Of a stretch of DNA of 34,119 nt, positions 1 through 7,561 are shown one piece after another. The DNA is from Candidatus Aenigmatarchaeota archaeon (GTDB lineage Archaea; Aenigmatarchaeota; Aenigmatarchaeia; QMZP01). The stretch covers positions 1 to 34,119 of the forward strand of contig JACQOC010000023.1 of NCBI GenBank assembly GCA_016202785.1, in the 5' to 3' direction. How positions within the stretch are numbered: position 1 is the first letter of the stretch; each line of letters opens with the position of its first letter. The notes beneath the pieces were generated by a model. It was not told the DNA's origin and made no database searches. It was given only the letters and a program-made list of their open reading frames with translations. Position numbers and translations under genes: made by a program.

Positions 1-1002
1 ACGCTGCCGGACGGCAGCAGGGTGCAGGCCAGCATTGCGAAAGACGTCACGACCAAAGGCCCGACCTTCTCGATCAGGAAGTTCCGCAAGATCCCGTACT
101 CCCCGATCGACTTGGTGGAGTTGAAAACGGCATCGGCTGACATGATGGCATACCTTTGGCTGATTACCGAGCATGGCGCGTCCATCCTCATCTGCGGCGG
201 GGTGTCAAGCGGAAAGACGTCCCTCCTCAACTGCCTGACCACGTTCATCCATCCGGAAGACAAGGTGATCAGCATAGAGGACACCCGAGAATTAAACATA
301 CCGCACAAGAACTGGATTCCGGCCGTCTCCAGGAGCGGTTTCGGCATCCTTGAATCGACCGGCAAACGGTATGGCGACGTCAGCCTGTTCGACCTGCTGA
401 AGGAGAGCTTCAGGATGCGCCCTGACTATGTCATCGTCGGGGAAGTGAGGGGGGAAGAAGCTTATGTCATGTTCCAGGGCATCGCTTCCGGCCACCCCAG
501 CATGGGCACGCTGCATGCGGCCACGCTGGACGATGCGGTAAGGCGGCTGGCCACGCCGCCGATCAAGCTCTCCGCCAGCCTGATCGAGGCGCTGGATGTG
601 GCCATCATCGTCTCCCATGCAAGGGAGAAAGGCGAAGCCGCCAGGCGCATCAAGGACATCATCGAAGTCGAAGATGTCGACGAGAAGACCAAGAAGGCAA
701 GAGGCATAGACGTCTTTTCCTGGATTGCATCAACTGACGAGTTCCGCGAGAGTGTCGCGCAATCGCAGCTGCTGCGCCGGATAGCGGCCGAGTCCGGGAT
801 CGATTATGGCTACCTGATCGAAGAGCTAAAGGCGCGCAAGCGTGTGATAGACTGGATGCTTCGTTACCGGGTGGCGCAGTTCGACCACGTGGCACAGGTG
901 ATCAATATGTATTACACGGACCGGAAAAGCGTCATGGACATCGTGAAGAAAGACTACAACCCGTTCCGGATGCGGCTGTTCGGCGATTTCCCGGAGAAAT
1001 AA
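1..1002 (+). CDS. Type IV pilus/archaellum-type secretion ATPase (FlaI/PilB/VirB11 superfamily), C-terminal part; the 5' end lies outside the window
   Basis: Frame 1 is open from base 1 (TLPDGSRVQA...). Walker A GGVSSGKTS, Walker B/Asp-box region DYVIVGEVRGEEA, His box GHPSMGTLHA. Stop TAA at 1000-1002. Confidence 0.85.
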   Translation, partial: TLPDGSRVQASIAKDVTTKGPTFSIRKFRKIPYSPIDLVELKTASADMMAYLWLITEHGASILICGGVSSGKTSLLNCLTTFIHPEDKVISIEDTRELNIPHKNWIPAVSRSGFGILESTGKRYGDVSLFDLLKESFRMRPDYVIVGEVRGEEAYVMFQGIASGHPSMGTLHAATLDDAVRRLATPPIKLSASLIEALDVAIIVSHAREKGEAARRIKDIIEVEDVDEKTKKARGIDVFSWIASTDEFRESVAQSQLLRRIAAESGIDYGYLIEELKARKRVIDWMLRYRVAQFDHVAQVINMYYTDRKSVMDIVKKDYNPFRMRLFGDFPEK

Positions 1003-1176
1003 CTACTTCTGCTCCTTGTGGATGGCGCGCAGCTGGCTGGATTTGCAGTGGCGACACTTGATCTTCTTGGCCTTGACCTTGATTGCATCAGCCCTAATCC
1101 GGGAGCCGCACTTCATGCAGATGAAAACCCGGTTGAACAGCCGTGCTTCGGCCTCCGGGAAGCGCTGTCTGACCAT
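1003..1176 (-). CDS. rpl40e: Ribosomal protein eL40 (L40e), 57 aa; below the ORF-track size cutoff
   Basis: My translation of the minus strand gives MVRQRFPEAEARLFNRVFICMKCGSRIRADAIKVKAKKIKCRHCKSSQLRAIHKEQK*. It has a CxxC...CxxC zinc ribbon and the RVF..IC.KCG...KCR.C..LR pattern typical of archaeal L40e. ATG at 1176-1174, TAG at 1005-1003. Confidence 0.8.
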   Translation of the reverse strand: MVRQRFPEAEARLFNRVFICMKCGSRIRADAIKVKAKKIKCRHCKSSQLRAIHKEQK

Positions 1177-1261
1177 AAGATAAGTATAATGGCAAAAGGC
1201 TTAAATAAGCACGACTGGCAGCCAGGCAAACAGGCATAAGCTGCCGCAGCCAATTAGGCCT

Positions 1262-2044
1262 ATGATATCTGGCATCATGCTTTTGGACAAGCCGCAAGGC
1301 AGCAGCTCTGCTGACGCATTGCACACGGCCGCTAACCGGCTGGGAGTTAGCAAGGCCGGCCACTCCGGCGTCCTGGACAGGGCGGCATCCGGTCTGCTGT
1401 TAGCTGCTTTCGGCGACGCGGTAAAGGCCATGCCGATCTTTGCCGGCCTGGAAAAGGAATATGATGCGGACTTGTTTTTCCATCAGCCGATGGACAGAGA
1501 CGGCCTTGACAAAGCCGTCCGTGGCCTCGAAGGCCGGATAAAGCAAACGCCGCCGCGCAAGGCGCTGGTCGCCAGGCGCGAGCGGGAACGGGAAATAATG
1601 ACAGCCGCCTTGCTGTCCTTTGACGGCCGGCTGGCTAAAGTGCGGATAAGGTGCGAGGCCGGTTTGTATATAAGGAAGCTGGCCAGCGACTTAGGCGCCA
1701 AGCTAGGGACGGGCGCGCAACTTGCCGGCCTGCGTCGCATCGCTATCGGGCCGTTCGGCGCGGCGCATGCCGTTCCGCCGGAGCAGGCCAATATGGACAG
1801 GCTAATGACCATCTGGGAAGCGGCAAATTTGATTGGCTGCGGGCGCATAACCGCCAGGCACGGCGTTGGCAATCGGCTAGCCCGGGGCGCTGTCCTGCAA
1901 GAGTCGGATATGGAGGCATACAAAAGCCTGGAAGCAGGCAAGCCTTGCGTCATCTTCCTAGGCACGAACGCCATTGCGCTGGGAACGGCGCTGACCAGCA
2001 GCACGCCGGCTGCCAGGATTGGTAGGGTTTTTAAGCATTCCTAG
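1262..2044 (+). CDS. cbf5: tRNA/rRNA pseudouridine synthase Cbf5/TruB family with C-terminal PUA domain (short, 260 aa)
   Basis: N-terminal LLDKPQGSSS...KAGHSGVLDRAASGLL matches TruB motifs I/II with the catalytic Asp retained. The C-terminal GR.T......RLARGAVL...G.P..I segment is PUA-like. Confidence 0.8.
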   Translation: MISGIMLLDKPQGSSSADALHTAANRLGVSKAGHSGVLDRAASGLLLAAFGDAVKAMPIFAGLEKEYDADLFFHQPMDRDGLDKAVRGLEGRIKQTPPRKALVARREREREIMTAALLSFDGRLAKVRIRCEAGLYIRKLASDLGAKLGTGAQLAGLRRIAIGPFGAAHAVPPEQANMDRLMTIWEAANLIGCGRITARHGVGNRLARGAVLQESDMEAYKSLEAGKPCVIFLGTNAIALGTALTSSTPAARIGRVFKHS

Positions 2045-2063
2045 CATAGATTACACACAGCAG

Positions 2064-2177
2064 GCAGGGTTGGCGGAACGGCTACGCAGTCGGCTGCAGT
2101 CGGTCGGTCTTATGATTTCGCATGAGAGATGATTGGTAAGATACCGACGCAACTGGGTTCAACTCCCAGACCCTGCT
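2064..2177 (+). tRNA. tRNA-Cys(GCA) with a 43-nt intron at the canonical 37/38 position (intron about 2100-2142)
   Basis: Hand-folded cloverleaf. Acceptor GCAGGGT/ACCCTGC, D arm GCGG-AACGGCT-ACGC, anticodon stem GTCGG/CCGAC, loop CT-GCA-G[intron]A, T arm CTGGG-TTCAACT-CCCAG. Discriminator is U73, the Cys identity element. No encoded CCA. TATA-like TTTTTAAG lies ~30 nt upstream and a T8 tract downstream. Confidence 0.8.
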
Positions 2178-2182
2178 TAGCC

Positions 2183-2190
2183 TTTTTTTT
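2183..2190 (+). terminator. Oligo-T (T8) archaeal-type terminator after tRNA-Cys
   Basis: cctttttttt lies 6 nt after the tRNA 3' end. Confidence 0.45.
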
Positions 2191-2194
2191 GCAG

Positions 2195-3214
2195 TCAAGC
2201 CCGCTTGAACTTGCCTTTCAGCTGGGAAAGGTTTTGCGCCCCGACCAGGAACATCGCTATTTTCAATTCCTCAGTAAATCGTTCCAGGGTTTGAATGACC
2301 GCTTGCGGCGATTCGGTTGCCGGCTTCAGCACCGGCAGCGCAAAGCCACCTAGGGTTGCGCCCATGGCAATCGCCTTTGCCACCTGCAGGCCATTTCTGA
2401 CTCCGCCGGCCGCAATCAGCGGCAGCTTGGTGGCTTTCGCACATTCCTCAAGAGCATTTGCGGTAGGTATGCCGAAATCCACATACGCTTCCGCATATTT
2501 CGCCCCCCGATAGAATTCCGCCTTGGCCCAGCTGGTGCCGCCGGCGCCGGACACATCAATGGCATCCACGCCGGCCTTCTCCAACCTTGCCGCCACTTTC
2601 CCGGATATGCCGCAGCCAACTTCCTTCACCAATATGGGGATCTTGAGCTCCTTTTTGATGGCCGCTATCTTCCGTTCGACCCCATTCCACATCTTGTCGC
2701 CTTCCGGCTGCACGGCCTCTTGTACCGCATTCAAGTGTATGGCCAGGCCATCAGCTTTTATCATGTCCACCGCCTTGCGGATCTGGCCCATGTCATATTG
2801 CAGTATCTGGGCCGCCCCCAGGTTGGAGAAGACAAAAACGTTCTGGGCAACGTGCCGAACCGAATAGGTGTCGGCCAGCTCTGGGTATTCCAGTGCGGCG
2901 CGCTGCGAACCCACGCCCATGCCGATGCCCATTGTTTCCGCCGCTATAGCCAAGTTTTCATTGATCTTCCTGGCCAGGCGGCAGCCGCCGGTCATGCCGG
3001 TTATGAACAATGGCATTTTGAACCGCCGGCCGAGGAATTTGGTGCTGGCATCGATGGCATCATAATCAACTTCAGGCAGCGCGTTGTACTGCAACTCTAT
3101 ATGCTCAAAACCGGTTGGTTTAGAGTATTGCACGTCTTTGTTTAGGCAGATGCTGAGCTGTTGCAGCTTGCGCTTCTCGATCTCAGACAGGATCTTGCTC
3201 TTTTCGCTGTCCAT
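2195..3214 (-). CDS. fni: Isopentenyl-diphosphate delta-isomerase, type 2 (FMN-dependent)
   Basis: 339-aa TIM-barrel sequence with the IDI-2 hallmarks MPLFITGMTGG, VKEVG.G, DVSGAGGTSW and AAGG.RNG. Confidence 0.9.
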   Translation of the reverse strand: MDSEKSKILSEIEKRKLQQLSICLNKDVQYSKPTGFEHIELQYNALPEVDYDAIDASTKFLGRRFKMPLFITGMTGGCRLARKINENLAIAAETMGIGMGVGSQRAALEYPELADTYSVRHVAQNVFVFSNLGAAQILQYDMGQIRKAVDMIKADGLAIHLNAVQEAVQPEGDKMWNGVERKIAAIKKELKIPILVKEVGCGISGKVAARLEKAGVDAIDVSGAGGTSWAKAEFYRGAKYAEAYVDFGIPTANALEECAKATKLPLIAAGGVRNGLQVAKAIAMGATLGGFALPVLKPATESPQAVIQTLERFTEELKIAMFLVGAQNLSQLKGKFKRA

Positions 3215-3234
3215 TCTTAATCATCGGGCCGTTC

Positions 3235-3242
3235 TTTATATA
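3235..3242 (-). promoter_or_regulatory. TATA box candidate for the IDI-2 gene
   Basis: tttatata lies 21-28 nt upstream of the ATG at 3214, which fits a leaderless or short-leader transcript. Confidence 0.4.
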
Positions 3243-3277
3243 CCATTGCTGGCGGCAAAACCGGCACCTATCGACGC

Positions 3278-3367
3278 CTATAGGCCTATAGTAATATTCT
3301 ATAGAACTATAGAAATTCCCCTATAGGTGGAGCAAAATTGTTTCAGGAGCGCACCTATAACCTATAG
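3278..3367. repeat. Cluster of six CTATAG palindromes, several extended to CCTATAGG or GCCTATAGGCC, in a divergent promoter region
   Basis: CTATAG at 3278, 3286, 3299, 3307, 3321 and 3362, plus a CTATAA half-copy at 3355. Two pairs have 8-nt start-to-start spacing and sit 21 nt apart. Confidence 0.7.
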
Positions 3368-3373
3368 AAAGGA

Positions 3374-3379
3374 TTTAAA
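3374..3379 (+). promoter_or_regulatory. TATA-like box candidate for the 3406 gene
   Basis: tttaaa lies 27-32 nt upstream of the ATG at 3406. Confidence 0.35.
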
Positions 3380-3405
3380 GGGGTATTCTTAATTAAATTA
3401 ATTGT

Positions 3406-4740
3406 ATGAAACAGTTTTTCTCCGTATTCCTTGTTATTCTTCTCTCTCTCGTGCTGGCGGCCGACAGCTATGCCTTGCAAGTGGCGGCAGCCTCTGAAAC
3501 GATTTTCTCCAATATCGACGAGGTTGCCGTGTTCGACGTGACGGTCAGAAACGATAATGACTACCTTGACAGCTTCACGCTCCTGGTCGAAGGCGACAGC
3601 TTGGAGTGGATGGTGCCGGTAGACATTCTCCTGGCCATCCCACCGCATGCGGAAAAGACCACCAAGGTGGCGTTCATGCCAAGGAAAATTGGTGCCTACA
3701 ATTACCGGCTGACCGTGTCATCTTACAGCTATCCTGCAATCGCTTCCAGCCTCGACCTTACGGTAACAGCAAGGAAGCCTGAGACAAAGATCGACAAGCT
3801 GGAATTGGGCAAGCTGGACGACGGCATTAAGATAAAATTGCAGCTGTCGACGCAACGCCCGACCACCGCTGACGTCAGGCTGGCGATAAAAGGCGAGGCC
3901 GGCGCGGTAGTCAAGACCATGAGGATAGCGAAAGAAATGCAGCAAAGCGCAACGTTGGAATTGCCGCTCAGCCTAGTGGATTTGGAGGCCGGCAAGTATT
4001 TCGTGGAAGCCGTGGTGGACAGCAGCACGGCAAGCGCTGAATTCCAGGTGGCAGCGGTGCACAACATTCAACAAGAACGGGAGCGCGTTTCCAGCCTGTT
4101 GCATGACGAGATTACGATAACAGTCTCCAACCTGGGCAACGTGCCCGAAACCTATTCGCTCAGCGAACCCATGGAAGGCGGCAAGCTTACCGCCTTCGTG
4201 ACCAAGCAGCCGGCGTCGTGTTACGTCAACGGCGAATACCGGGAATGCGCCTTTATGGTCGAAAACCTGGCGCCGAAAACCTCCAGCCAAATAATATACC
4301 GGATTGAATATTGGCCGTCAGTGGCGCAATTCATCCTTGCGGTGTTCATGCTAGCGGTATTGGCCTTCGGCACCGTCCAGGAGACGGCACGACCGCGGAT
4401 CAGCAAAGCCGCCATCACCAAACCGGATGGGACGCGTACGGTCATGCTGGAGGTCAAGAATCCGGTGTGGAAGCTCAACAACGTCATTGTGCGGGATTTT
4501 GTCTCGCCATTGGCCGTGGTGGAGGGTTTCGAGCATACCAAACCAGTGTTGCGCAAATCCGAGGCCGGAACTGAGCTCATATGGAAAATCGGCAACTTGG
4601 ATAGCAGGGAGCACCGCATACTGAGCTACAAAGTGAGGCCACTCGTGGAAGGCAACATCAAGATGCCGCGCGCATATCTACGCTTCCGGAGCAGTAAGAA
4701 CAAGCGGGTAAAGATCTACTCAGGCCGGATAAATCTATAG
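3406..4740 (+). CDS. Secreted/membrane-anchored surface protein with CARDB/DUF11-like beta-sandwich repeats (hypothetical)
   Basis: N-terminal signal peptide MKQFFSVFLVILLSLVLAADSYA. Internal TM segment VAQFILAVFMLAVLAFGTV. The C-terminal segment VKNP....NVIVRDFV.P........G.ELIWKIGNL...E...LSYKV resembles the 'conserved repeat domain' of archaeal surface proteins. Confidence 0.6.
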   Translation: MKQFFSVFLVILLSLVLAADSYALQVAAASETIFSNIDEVAVFDVTVRNDNDYLDSFTLLVEGDSLEWMVPVDILLAIPPHAEKTTKVAFMPRKIGAYNYRLTVSSYSYPAIASSLDLTVTARKPETKIDKLELGKLDDGIKIKLQLSTQRPTTADVRLAIKGEAGAVVKTMRIAKEMQQSATLELPLSLVDLEAGKYFVEAVVDSSTASAEFQVAAVHNIQQERERVSSLLHDEITITVSNLGNVPETYSLSEPMEGGKLTAFVTKQPASCYVNGEYRECAFMVENLAPKTSSQIIYRIEYWPSVAQFILAVFMLAVLAFGTVQETARPRISKAAITKPDGTRTVMLEVKNPVWKLNNVIVRDFVSPLAVVEGFEHTKPVLRKSEAGTELIWKIGNLDSREHRILSYKVRPLVEGNIKMPRAYLRFRSSKNKRVKIYSGRINL

Positions 4741-4865
4741 GGCTTTATCGGCCTTAATTCTGTAATGCCAGTTGCCTATAGGCCGAGAATTTATGGTTAG
4801 GTAAATAGTATCGGCCCTCATCGGCTCAAGCTGCGCTTTACGCAAGCCTAGCCTCAGGCCAATTA

Positions 4866-5003
4866 TCCCGCCTGGGAGATTTGAATTCGGGGAGTGCTGA
4901 AACGCGTTCCAGCATCCACTCCCGACCAACCGGTCTCCGTATATCATCCTTACGTCAAAAGACCGTTCTACAGCCGGTTGCTCTACCGCTGAGCTAAGGC
5001 GGG
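4866..5003 (-). tRNA. tRNA-Tyr(GUA) with two ~33-nt introns: one canonical (37/38) and one non-canonical in the T-arm (about 53/54)
   Basis: Reverse complement folds as CCCGCCT-TA-GCTC-AGCGGTA-GAGC-A-ACCGG-CTGTAG[33 nt]A-CCGGT-TGGTC-GGGAG[33 nt]TTCAAAT-CTCCC-AGGCGGG-A. C1:G72 and A73 are archaeal Tyr identity elements. Removing both inserts leaves exactly 72 nt. TATA TTTTTATAAA lies ~25-30 nt upstream at 5027-5036. Confidence 0.75.
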
Positions 5004-5026
5004 GATAGATAATTACTGGTCTGGCA

Positions 5027-5036
5027 TTTATAAAAA
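5027..5036 (-). promoter_or_regulatory. TATA box candidate for tRNA-Tyr
   Basis: Plus-strand tttataaaaa lies 24-33 nt upstream of the tRNA 5' end at 5003. Confidence 0.5.
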
Positions 5037-5041
5037 CGACG

Positions 5042-5485
5042 TCAATCTACGCCGAGCAGTTTCCGGATTATGAAGGAGGATGGTATGATGGTGATGAGGT
5101 ACCACCAGAACCAGTTGAACGTGCTGCCGAGGAACGGGATGGCGAACGGCATCTGCACCGCAACGTTTTCGTACATGGTCGGCAGGCATACCGACTCAAA
5201 GGCGCAGAAGAACGGCACCAGGAAGATCAGACTGGACACCATCATCGGCTTCATCATCAGGCGCAAATGCTCCCGCTGCAGCTTGAAGAACTCGTCCATG
5301 AATTTTTTTGTCTCCTCTTCCTTGCCGGATTTCTGCGCCTCGCTCATGCGCCTGCGGTAGGCTTCCATATCGTCTTTCATGCGGCGCAGGTCGGCCGGCT
5401 TGATGAACAGCCTATAGATGACGGAAGTGGTCAGAGCCAAGGCAATGCTAATTAGCATCAGTTCTTGGAAAGGAAGGAGTGGCAT
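5042..5485 (-). CDS. DUF106 / EMC3-TMCO1-like membrane protein (archaeal YidC/Oxa1-like insertase)
   Basis: 147 aa with an N-terminal TM, a charged coiled-coil (KDDMEAYRRRMSEAQKSGKEEETKKFMDEFFKLQRE) and two C-terminal TMs. It lies in the conserved neighbourhood downstream of secY. Confidence 0.7.
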   Translation of the reverse strand: MPLLPFQELMLISIALALTTSVIYRLFIKPADLRRMKDDMEAYRRRMSEAQKSGKEEETKKFMDEFFKLQREHLRLMMKPMMVSSLIFLVPFFCAFESVCLPTMYENVAVQMPFAIPFLGSTFNWFWWYLITIIPSSFIIRKLLGVD

Positions 5486-5506
5486 AAGCGGATGTATATA
5501 AGGGCT

Positions 5507-5923
5507 TCAGGGCGATAAAAAGGTTTTGATGGCCTCCAGCGTTTCCTCCATCGCGTCCTTTATCCGGCCGTTGCGAATCGCTATGGCTTTGGCCGCGATT
5601 CCTGGAAAGCGCAAAACCGCGTTGCGGTTGGCCGCTTGCACCAGCTCTATAGTGCCTACAGCCGGCTGCGTTTCAAACAGCAAGGCGCAACTTATCTTGG
5701 CCTTTTTTATGTCCACCGGGCTGCGCGTGTACAGGAAGCCGGCTGAATCAGCGACGGCAAAAGAGGTGCTGACCACCACGTGGCCGGCAGGAAGCTCTCC
5801 CGCTTCCTGGAACGGGTCAAGCTTGACCACCGCGAAGCCCAGCTGCCGGCCGTGCCGGGAAGCCAAAAAGTCCAGGATGCTGTCCTTCTCGGATTCTTTA
5901 GCACCCAAGGCTAGTATCCGCAT
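5507..5923 (-). CDS. Hypothetical 138-aa soluble protein; no family recognised by eye
   Basis: Clean ORF filling the gap between secY and the DUF106 gene on the same strand. Alternating beta/alpha-like pattern (MRILALG..., HVVVSTS, SCALLFET). No P-loop. Confidence 0.5.
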   Translation of the reverse strand: MRILALGAKESEKDSILDFLASRHGRQLGFAVVKLDPFQEAGELPAGHVVVSTSFAVADSAGFLYTRSPVDIKKAKISCALLFETQPAVGTIELVQAANRNAVLRFPGIAAKAIAIRNGRIKDAMEETLEAIKTFLSP

Positions 5924-5968
5924 ATATCTGTTAATGGTCGCGGCAGGTTAAAAACCAGGCCTTTGTTG

Positions 5969-7510
5969 CTAGCGGTTCTCCATGAACTTGCGCAATGCCG
6001 GGTGCATGTCTTCCATGTGCTTTGCGGCCAGCTCTTCATACAGCTGGTAGACGATGGTAGAAGCCAGCAGGATGCCAGTGCCGGTGCCAATGGCATTGGT
6101 GAAGTCAGCGGCTGCCGCCAGGAAGCCGACCGCCGCTCCGCCCAGGATGGTAAGGCCCGGGATGTATCTTTGCAGCACCATCTCAATGATGCGGATGTCG
6201 CGCCGGTAACCGGGTATCTGCATGCCGACCGAATGGATCTGGTTGGCGACGTGCTTGGCGTCCATGCCGGCGGTGGTCATCCAGAAGTAAGCGAACACCA
6301 TGGAACCGGCAACCATGAATATTATGTAAGTCAAGGCCCGTGCTATCTCGATCGGCGGAATCAGGGTCAAGTGCGTCAGGCCTGTTACCCAGGCAACGCT
6401 AAACCAGAACAGCACGCCGAGCAGGGAAAAGATCGCAGCTACCGGCGCCGTCGGCCGCCTGAGGATGGAAGAGGCGATGATGCCCAGCAGGAAAAAGATC
6501 CCGATGGAGATGGTCAGCCCGGGTATGGAAGTGGAGTTGGCCGGCGGCGTCATGAAGAACAGCAAGCCGGTCGACTGGCCAGTAGCTGCATCATACGTGC
6601 CGAACAGGCTGAAGCCCTGCTGCGCCATGATGTTGCCCATGATGCCCAGGTTGATGATCAGCGCGGAGATGAGAATGACCGGGATGTTGGAAGTGTACAG
6701 GAACTTCAGCGGCCAGCGCCGGCCGAAGCCTCTTATGGAGCCGAACGCCAGCGGCACTTCCACTTTCATGTTGCTGATGTACACCACCAGGAAGAACACC
6801 AGCATGGTTGCGATCAAAGGTATCAGCACCAGCAATGCTTGCACTGGCTGGGCGCCGGCCAGCTGCACGACGAACTGCGGTATGACACCAACCGGCTGTT
6901 CAGCAGCGTTGGGTAAAGTGCCGGAGGTTGTCAAAGGGTTCAGGGCCCCGACAAAGATGGTCTTGCTGACCCCAGCCACGATGAACAGGCCAATGCCAGA
7001 GCCAAAGCCCCACTTGGAGATCAGCTCATCCATCAGGATGACGATGATGCCGCCGAGGGCCAGCTGAACCATCACTAGCCAAGCAAGTTCTGGGCTGGCC
7101 GGCGTTATCACTCCAGCGGCGGTAAAGGCGATCGCTTCGATGAAGGAGAAGGCGACGGCCAGCAATTTTTGGGTCCCTTGGAACATGATCTTATCCTGCT
7201 CCTTGGTCAGGTCCCAGTTGATCAGCTTGCTGCCGACCATGAGCTGCAAGATGATGCTGGCCGTGACGATCGGCCCGATGCCAAGCGTCATGAGCGAGCC
7301 GATGCTCGAGCCGAGCAATATTTCCGCGGAACGCAGGAATTCCGCGCTTGTGTCGCCAATGCCGTAGACCTGTATTTGGGCCATGAAGGTGTAGGCAACC
7401 AGCATCAGCAGCGTCCACTTAAGTTTCTCCTTGAAGGTGAGCCGCTGGATTGGCCGGGCTACCGTCGGCAAGCGTTTTAGGAGCTGGATGTAGCTGTCTT
7501 TCAAGGCCAT
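5969..7510 (-). CDS. secY: Preprotein translocase subunit SecY (513 aa, unusually long)
   Basis: Typical archaeal SecY sequence (LGIGPIVTASIILQL, YTSNIPVIL, GMQIPGYRRD) positioned directly downstream of uL15. Confidence 0.95.
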   Translation of the reverse strand: MALKDSYIQLLKRLPTVARPIQRLTFKEKLKWTLLMLVAYTFMAQIQVYGIGDTSAEFLRSAEILLGSSIGSLMTLGIGPIVTASIILQLMVGSKLINWDLTKEQDKIMFQGTQKLLAVAFSFIEAIAFTAAGVITPASPELAWLVMVQLALGGIIVILMDELISKWGFGSGIGLFIVAGVSKTIFVGALNPLTTSGTLPNAAEQPVGVIPQFVVQLAGAQPVQALLVLIPLIATMLVFFLVVYISNMKVEVPLAFGSIRGFGRRWPLKFLYTSNIPVILISALIINLGIMGNIMAQQGFSLFGTYDAATGQSTGLLFFMTPPANSTSIPGLTISIGIFFLLGIIASSILRRPTAPVAAIFSLLGVLFWFSVAWVTGLTHLTLIPPIEIARALTYIIFMVAGSMVFAYFWMTTAGMDAKHVANQIHSVGMQIPGYRRDIRIIEMVLQRYIPGLTILGGAAVGFLAAAADFTNAIGTGTGILLASTIVYQLYEELAAKHMEDMHPALRKFMENR

Positions 7511-7561
7511 AATATCACAAATATGCCTTGCGGTTCTTATAAACCCAAGGGCGCCACATGC

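Noticed and set aside
2129-2353. 74-aa plus-strand ORF
   Set aside because: It starts inside the tRNA-Cys intron and 3' half, and runs antisense into the IDI-2 gene.
3276-4784. GCCTATAGGCC copies flanking the 3406-4740 gene, read as terminal repeats of a mobile cassette
   Set aside because: The shared element is only 11 nt and palindromic. There is no transposase or integrase, no target-site duplication and no compositional break. Matches of this length are expected by chance within 34 kb. It is kept only as part of the regulatory-motif observation.
4735-4947. 70-aa minus-strand ORF
   Set aside because: It overlaps the tRNA-Tyr gene body and its downstream spacer. The tRNA fold explains this sequence.
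5963-6916. 317-aa plus-strand ORF (similar cases: 20347-21198 plus, 27166-28080 minus, 13849-14604 plus, 9727-10230 minus)
   Set aside because: All are antisense shadows of confidently identified genes (secY, map, NTP-transferase/epimerase, metE, csaA/proS) and have biased, low-complexity composition.
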